64,000 nucleotides of DNA from Planctomycetota bacterium. GTDB taxonomy: Bacteria > Planctomycetota > UBA8108 > SXIK01. How positions within the stretch are numbered: the stretch's first letter is position 1; each line of letters starts with the position of its first letter. The notes beneath the pieces were generated by a model. The model was not told where the DNA came from and ran no database searches. It saw only the letters and a list, made by a program, of their open reading frames with translations. The position numbers were made by a program, and so were the translations under genes. Of the stretch, positions 57,709 to 64,000 are shown in pieces. The stretch is from assembly GCA_965223265.1 (NCBI GenBank), contig OZ244999.1, forward strand, positions 5,792,001-5,856,000, read 5' to 3'.

Positions 57709-60700
57709 CTACTTTTGCAGGCCCGGCGCGGGACCCCACTGCTCCACCTCGGTCAGCTTTCCGGCCACGCCACCCCCACCAGCAGCAATCGCCAATCCAC
57801 CGATGAGAGGTCCATCCAACACTTGGAACTGGCCAGCCTTGTAGATCTCCATTCCAACCGCCACCGGGACGCCTCTGATCAGACCACCATACGTCACCAC
57901 GGCGAAAGCTGCGTGACTTCCTTTCTCGATGGGCCACTCGCAGTCGGCGGGCTTGTTCTGAAACGTGGCGCTCCCTTCAACGAAGCCAAACCCGGCGAAA
58001 GCTCCGAGCGTCAGATCCCCTTTACCGCGCACGAAGTATTGACACCCGGTCGTATCCGTCGCGTAAGCCGCTATTCTCATCTTTCCGAGCCCAGCGATGA
58101 GCGGCGAGCCCCAAAAACTCGCCCACACGAACCCCGACCACCGACACCCCTTCTTGGAGCAAGGAGGCATGCCTTCCGCGGGCGGCGCCTGTCGCCTGCG
58201 TTTCAAGCACTCGATGAACTTGTTCCACTCGTACGGGCTGCCATCCTCCGGAAGTGGGCAACCATATGGTCCGAGGGAAGTGTCATCGTGCGGATCGCGA
58301 GATCCCGGCCAATCGTCGTCATCTGTTGTTTCATCCATTCGGTACGGGTGGCGACCGTCGCTTGACCCACCGATGAGAAGCGGATCGCGCTGCACGAACA
58401 CTCCCAGATCCGCATCGTGAACTCTGAGTCCAAAGTCATGAAGTCCGTGCTGGCTGATATATCTCCGGCCTGCGAACAAGAAATCGTCCTCGAGTATTTC
58501 ATGCTGGGACGTCCAATCAGCGCTCAGCCGCGTCGGGTGTCCGTTCCCGTCGTAAAGATACCGGCCGCTCACCGCCCCATCCGAACTCAAACGCGTCACG
58601 ACGTTGGAGAACGCGTCGGTAACGTAAAACTCGAACGACGACGAGAGCCGTGACGAAGATCGCAGGACGATATCGTTTTGATCTCCTCCCCACACGTACC
58701 ACCGAGCGACGTCGTCGTCTGCGTACCACTCCTCGAGCAGGTTGCCTTCCGTCGAATAGTAGTAATCACTCTCGACCCACTGCGATTCTCCCGCTGAAAT
58801 CCTTTGATGCAGTCCGTTGTACCGATACGCGGAGAGTACAGACGACCCGGATCTCGCAGCGACCAATCGGTTCCACGCGTCGTAAACAAATTCGACACCG
58901 TCGTCGCGCCCTACCATGTTGCCAGCTCGGTCGTAGCTGTAGCGGGTAGCATCGACCTGTGTGAGCTCGTCCGACGCGTTGACCGAGCTCAACGACGGAG
59001 TACCGCAGAAGCTCTCGTCACCGCGGTAGTACTCAAGCCAATTCCCCACCGAATCCAGCGTCCAGCACTCGTGAGAATCAATCGCCGTCGACTGCCGAGG
59101 ATTCTCGCCGCGCTGGTGCTCAACGAGCCGGCCTGCATCGTCGTATGAAAACTCTTCATCGAATAGATACCGTCCATCGATACGGCCGACGTCGTCCCGC
59201 CGAACCACCACCTGGGATCGATCGTTGTACTCATATACGAAACGATTGATGTCACGGCGACCGTCCGTCACGAGAAGATCGTCGATTCTCCCAAATCGAT
59301 CAAGCCCCGCGTATCCATCGCTGTTTTCTTCGTCGTCACCGACCAGGGTGCGTACGATCCCGAGATCGCCGTATTCTCTTTCGACGACCCGGCTCAGCCC
59401 GAGGTACACATCACGGAACAGCCATTCGTCTCGCATCTTGGCGCCGCTGGGTCGACTGAACGCCGTGTCGACTCCCGGTTCGTAGACGTCCAGAACAACG
59501 ACACCGCTAGGGTAGGTCGTCGACACACGCTTGAGGCTGTCCGTCGCGCTCTTCGGGAAGTGATAGTCGTACGTCACCTTGTTGGAGACCCCCGGATCGA
59601 CCGCTCCGCGCCACTCTTGGTGTACAGTCTCGACGACGCCAAACGCTCCGTAACCGTAGACGACTTCGTCCTCTACATACCCCTGTTCACCATAGCTGCG
59701 AACGCGTACCGCACGATCAAGAGCGTCGTAGGAGCGCCCGATCTTTCGTATCCTCCCGTCGACTTCGGGGTCGCCAAGGTCAGTGACATGGTCAACGACG
59801 AGGCGTCCGCGCTGGTCGTACTCATACACGTGCTTCGTGTCGCGCTGGTCCTCCATGTACGTCTGCTCGCCCTGAGCGTTGTACGCGAAGTGAACTTGGT
59901 CGTCGGGGCCACCTGCAGCGCCGGTGATCGGATCCGGAAATCTGATGGTTCGGATCAAGTCGTTCGACGCGAGGCGTGAGGCGGAATCTCCAGATCCGTG
60001 CGTCACGCCGTAGACGAACGCCGTGACGCGGTCGTGGGCCGCAACTTCGCCGGCTGCCGCTTTCACCGTTTTCGTGCTCAGCCGCCCCGCGGCGTCATAG
60101 CCGTAGACGATCGTGCGGTCGTCGACACTCCCCGGTATACCGTCAGCGAAGTTCCCGATCTGCAGAGCCACGGCCCCCCAACCGGTGTACTCAGTCCGCT
60201 GAGTCACGAGGTCGCCGCTCTGCGCGCTGACTGCCGGTCCACGCCGCTCCTCGATCTCGCCGAGGAGTGTGTAGGTGTACTCTCTCACACGATTGAGAGG
60301 GCCTGAGACAGCAGGAGGCTCGCCTTGAGGTCGTGCGTCGAGATCGATTCCACCGTTTGTTCCGTAGCGGACGACCCGCGACAACCGTCCGAGCTCGTCG
60401 CGCCAGATCGCCGTGTATTGACCACGACCCGTTCCTTGCACCCCGACGGTCAGGCTGCCCGTGGCTTCTTCCTCAGCGTCATGGCGGCGTGAGTAAGCGC
60501 GGATCAATTCTGCCCCGCCTCCAGGGCCAGGTAGATACACGGTCTGTGCAACGACAGTGTCGCCTACAAGATCGTGTGCCGCTTCGTACGCGGACTCATC
60601 CGCATCGTAGGAGGCTGCACGGGCGATTATTCGACCGGCTCCATCGTAGCGCGTCTTCTCGAATCGCGCCCCTTGGCTTCGCGTCTTGACGATGAACCCG

Positions 60701-63636
60701 CGGCCGTCGCGCCAGGAGGACATACTCAGGAAACCAGTGATCTCTCCACCACGGACACCATACTCGCGCGATTCGTAGATCTGCTCCCATGGATCATAGA
60801 AGTTGTCGACACGGCTCAGAAGCACGCCGCGGCCGCGGTCGTTGAATCGCTCGACGCGCGTCACTCGCCCCAGATTATCGTAGGTACGGCTCTCCCTGAT
60901 CCGTAGAGGTTCGTGGACCGCGACGACGCGGCCTCGATAGTCGACGCGGTAGTCTGTCGCCCTTTCGCCCTCGCTCGTGTGGGTGTAGAGAACCTTACGC
61001 GTCAAATAGCCGTCACCGACACTCTCGACGACAGCCTCCTCTCCGTCGTAGAAACGTTCTTCGATCAGGGTCATGTTGTCGGAACGCCCGCCGTCGATCG
61101 TACCGATCCGGACACTCTTGAGTCGCCCCAAAACGTCTCTCTCGAAGCGTGTGATGGAACCAGATGGATTTCGCGTTGAGGTGAGCCGACCGGCCGCATC
61201 GTAGGTATGTACTGTTCTCTGCCGCGGCGCGCTCGCATCCGTCGGGTCGCTCCACACGATCTGTTCGGCCACTTCTCGACCACGATAGAGAGTATCCGTG
61301 CGCCGCAGTAGCACACCTTGAAAGCCTTCTTCGATGGTCGGCGCGCCACCATCGAAGTCGTCTTCGAAGTTGATGTCACGCCTGGCAGCGATCAGTTCTC
61401 CAGAAGCAGTGGTTCGCTCGCGGCCATCGGGGTCGAACACCGCGAGCGAAATCGCTGCATGGTAATAGACATCGTCGATGTGTGGGTACGCTAGAACCAC
61501 GAGTTCGCCGCTCGAAAGCTTGTCGTAGTGCCATCTCTGCGTCGTCCGCGTCGTCTTCAAACCCGTGCCGGTCCAAGCTTCGAAGGCTGCGGACTCACTC
61601 TTCTTGATGCGCCCCACAAGATCATAAGCATGCGTCGTCACCAGATTGGCTCCGCCGGGTCGTAAAAACACGGCGTCGGGAGGAACAGGAACACCGGCAG
61701 GACGGCGATCGGAGTCGAAGTCCAAGACGTTTAGAGTGGTCACGCGACGCGAGGGGTCGATCTCCCGATAGCTGACATATCCTTCTCCGTCCCTCGTCCA
61801 AGAGTGTCGCAGATCATCTTCAAAGTAGTCATAGAGAACGACGCTTTGCCCCGACCCGTTTTGGGTCACCGGAATCGGCGCCCGCGTGGTCTTGCGCAGC
61901 GCGACCGCCAATCGGTCGGCGACGTGGAAGGTCTCATAGCCATATTGAGTCGTGGTCCCAGGTCCGTCTGTCGTTTCCTGCGGGTAAACGGTCTCCGAAG
62001 TCTTGAGAAAGCGTCGCCGATCGCCCAACGCCCGCAGCGAAAAAACCTTCTTCCGCTGCAAGTTCCAACGCCGCGTCGTGGGGTCACGCAGTCTCTCTGT
62101 CAACGTCCAGGCAAGCGTGGAAGGTTCCTGGACGAAATTGTAGCTGCGGCGCATTCCCGCGTCGGGTTTCGTCGTCACGACGTGTGAGCGGTACTCTAAG
62201 CACGCCGCCACCGAATAGCTCTGCGCGAGTCGTCCGTCATGCCCTCGCCGGTACGTCTTGATCCATCTTCTCGATTCGGGATCGGCGGCATCCTCTTGGA
62301 GGACGCGGTTCAGAATTTGCCCGTAGCGATTGTAGTCGATGAAGTGGCGACCACCTGCAGGCAGCGTGATCGCTGCCTGCGAGAACCAAACGTTGAGGTT
62401 CGAAGCGCTCGCGTTCTGTTGCCAAGAATAGCGGTGGGTGCCGGCGCCAGCGCCACAATCGCACTGGTTCTCCAGCGCCAGGCTCCTAAGGCGCTTGTCG
62501 GAATAGTACGTGTAAGTGCGTTCGAGATAGTCCTGTAGTTCGCCGACACTGCGCTCGTATGCATTCGTCCCGGGTTGCACGCGCTGCAGTTCTGCCATAG
62601 CCCCGGGCCCGAGAACTGCGGCCACCTGATGAGCATGGCCGGAATGCGAAGCACTGTCGTACGGGCCGACGTAGTATTTGAACGCCCAGCGACGTCGATA
62701 ACTCTGCCCGCTTTCCGAAAGCGCCAACTCCTCTTCGATGCCGACCAGGTCGCCGATCGAGCTACCGACTGGCTCGCGGACCTCTTCGTGATATGTAAAA
62801 TCGATCGTGCGATAGGGGATGCCCCAGACGCCGTTCTTTGCCGCAACCTCGATGCGATCGATGCGAGCGCCGTGACCATAGTCAGCCAGTACGTACCTGA
62901 ACCTTCGCACCTCAGTCTGTGCGTTCAGCTTTTGCAGCACGGAGATTGTGTCGACCGAGTAGATGATTTCAATCTCGGCCAAACCAATCGGTTCGATCTT
63001 TGTGCAGCGATAGTTCTCCGCCGCGCTGAAGGTGTAGACCTTGCCGCCGATGTCGTACATCTGCAGGAGCGCCGGGTTCGCCTCCCGGTGAACGAGCTTG
63101 GCCCTGCGGTTGCCGAAGCGCCCCCAATAGGTACCCGGACGGTCAGAGTCAGCATCGAAGAATCGAACCGTGTTGGCGTCGAAACGAATGACCCAGGTGT
63201 CGTTCGCGTTGTCATATTCAGCGTACGGGATCTTCGTAAACCAATTGTGCCCCAGCGGTCGATTCTCGCTTGGCGGATAGTCTCGACCATACTTGTAGCG
63301 CGTCCGATAGGTCGGGGAGGGATCCCACTCGAGCCCGCCAGGCCCCTCCTCGGCTGCGAGGCGCGGCGCCACGTTGTCGAAGCCGCCGTCGCCGTCGATT
63401 GGCTCGATCCAACGATCCTTCGGCGGCTCGTCCTTCAATCCGGGGAAACCTTCAGCAGGCGCCAGAGTCACGTCATCTTCTCCAGTCTCCCCCAGCGTCC
63501 GCCATCCGTGAAGCGGCATGAACTCGTGATCGTCCTCGGCGGCGAAGCTCCGCGCCAGAAGACCGGCGCACACCGTGGCAACGACGACCACAACGCCCTT
63601 CCGCACCACCACCGCAGCCTCTATGCTTCTCTTCAT
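57709..63636 (-). CDS. RHS/YD-repeat protein with Sec-like signal and a variable C-terminal domain
   Basis: Many YD repeats (YDAAGRL, YDNLGRV, YDQRGRL, YDAWNRL); RHS core FAGRRY..GLHDFGLRVHDADLGVFVQRDP; hydrophobic N-terminus ending SFAAE. Confidence 0.92.
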   Translation of the reverse strand: MKRSIEAAVVVRKGVVVVVATVCAGLLARSFAAEDDHEFMPLHGWRTLGETGEDDVTLAPAEGFPGLKDEPPKDRWIEPIDGDGGFDNVAPRLAAEEGPGGLEWDPSPTYRTRYKYGRDYPPSENRPLGHNWFTKIPYAEYDNANDTWVIRFDANTVRFFDADSDRPGTYWGRFGNRRAKLVHREANPALLQMYDIGGKVYTFSAAENYRCTKIEPIGLAEIEIIYSVDTISVLQKLNAQTEVRRFRYVLADYGHGARIDRIEVAAKNGVWGIPYRTIDFTYHEEVREPVGSSIGDLVGIEEELALSESGQSYRRRWAFKYYVGPYDSASHSGHAHQVAAVLGPGAMAELQRVQPGTNAYERSVGELQDYLERTYTYYSDKRLRSLALENQCDCGAGAGTHRYSWQQNASASNLNVWFSQAAITLPAGGRHFIDYNRYGQILNRVLQEDAADPESRRWIKTYRRGHDGRLAQSYSVAACLEYRSHVVTTKPDAGMRRSYNFVQEPSTLAWTLTERLRDPTTRRWNLQRKKVFSLRALGDRRRFLKTSETVYPQETTDGPGTTTQYGYETFHVADRLAVALRKTTRAPIPVTQNGSGQSVVLYDYFEDDLRHSWTRDGEGYVSYREIDPSRRVTTLNVLDFDSDRRPAGVPVPPDAVFLRPGGANLVTTHAYDLVGRIKKSESAAFEAWTGTGLKTTRTTQRWHYDKLSSGELVVLAYPHIDDVYYHAAISLAVFDPDGRERTTASGELIAARRDINFEDDFDGGAPTIEEGFQGVLLRRTDTLYRGREVAEQIVWSDPTDASAPRQRTVHTYDAAGRLTSTRNPSGSITRFERDVLGRLKSVRIGTIDGGRSDNMTLIEERFYDGEEAVVESVGDGYLTRKVLYTHTSEGERATDYRVDYRGRVVAVHEPLRIRESRTYDNLGRVTRVERFNDRGRGVLLSRVDNFYDPWEQIYESREYGVRGGEITGFLSMSSWRDGRGFIVKTRSQGARFEKTRYDGAGRIIARAASYDADESAYEAAHDLVGDTVVAQTVYLPGPGGGAELIRAYSRRHDAEEEATGSLTVGVQGTGRGQYTAIWRDELGRLSRVVRYGTNGGIDLDARPQGEPPAVSGPLNRVREYTYTLLGEIEERRGPAVSAQSGDLVTQRTEYTGWGAVALQIGNFADGIPGSVDDRTIVYGYDAAGRLSTKTVKAAAGEVAAHDRVTAFVYGVTHGSGDSASRLASNDLIRTIRFPDPITGAAGGPDDQVHFAYNAQGEQTYMEDQRDTKHVYEYDQRGRLVVDHVTDLGDPEVDGRIRKIGRSYDALDRAVRVRSYGEQGYVEDEVVYGYGAFGVVETVHQEWRGAVDPGVSNKVTYDYHFPKSATDSLKRVSTTYPSGVVVLDVYEPGVDTAFSRPSGAKMRDEWLFRDVYLGLSRVVEREYGDLGIVRTLVGDDEENSDGYAGLDRFGRIDDLLVTDGRRDINRFVYEYNDRSQVVVRRDDVGRIDGRYLFDEEFSYDDAGRLVEHQRGENPRQSTAIDSHECWTLDSVGNWLEYYRGDESFCGTPSLSSVNASDELTQVDATRYSYDRAGNMVGRDDGVEFVYDAWNRLVAARSGSSVLSAYRYNGLHQRISAGESQWVESDYYYSTEGNLLEEWYADDDVARWYVWGGDQNDIVLRSSSRLSSSFEFYVTDAFSNVVTRLSSDGAVSGRYLYDGNGHPTRLSADWTSQHEILEDDFLFAGRRYISQHGLHDFGLRVHDADLGVFVQRDPLLIGGSSDGRHPYRMDETTDDDDWPGSRDPHDDTSLGPYGCPLPEDGSPYEWNKFIECLKRRRQAPPAEGMPPCSKKGCRWSGFVWASFWGSPLIAGLGKMRIAAYATDTTGCQYFVRGKGDLTLGAFAGFGFVEGSATFQNKPADCEWPIEKGSHAAFAVVTYGGLIRGVPVAVGMEIYKAGQFQVLDGPLIGGLAIAAGGGGVAGKLTEVEQWGPAPGLQK

Positions 63637-64000
63637 TTCAGCCCCTTTCACTTCGAACGTCCCGTCGACCTCTCGACGAGCATGAAAAGACACCACGCGC
63701 GCCTGCGCCAGGCGCGCACCGATTGCTGACACCGACAGGCAACGCAGCAACACAACCCGGCGTGCGCGGGTGTGAACCTTGCCTCGCGTTCCCTGCAGGC
63801 ACTGCGCTCATACGACCCGAGCCCCCCACTCGGCGTGAGGCCGCCAGAGCCTACGGCACCGTGAAGACCTCCGGCGTGCCCGCGGCGACCCCGACCACGC
63901 AGAAAAGATTCGCAACTGCTCCTTACTGTCACTGCCCGGACGCTCGCTTCGATGTCCGAAGCCTGTCGAGCGTCGTTTCCCAATCCTACGAAGCAAGTCC

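Overview
GC-rich (about 60% by eye) bacterial DNA that looks like a Planctomycetota genome (DUF1501, PVC-type haem protein, Planctomycete-style dockerin-like C-termini, many Tat-signal enzymes); the taxonomy is an inference. 1-21 kb: redox/signalling genes and a run of exported catabolic enzymes. 21-44 kb: secreted proteins with dockerin-like tails, a cohesin/CHRD protein behind a well-formed sigma54 promoter, a giant Ser/Thr kinase-STAND-TPR-sigma54 activator, PAC2, a GT-like protein and an FG-GAP/dikinase fusion. 45.6-56.7 kb (minus strand): the most striking element, a tightly coupled 9-gene operon joining a PspA/IM30 (bacterial ESCRT-III) protein, a membrane coiled-coil partner, a classical-clade AAA+ ATPase with a Vps4-like pore loop, a NitT/TauT-type ABC transporter, two SBP-OmpA fusions and a membrane-anchored VWA protein. 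57.7-63.6 kb: an RHS/YD protein with no apparent immunity gene. Two non-autonomous MITE-like families are present, and one copy disrupts a P-loop kinase gene. No rRNA, tRNA or CRISPR array was seen. All family calls come from motif recognition by eye, not database searches.
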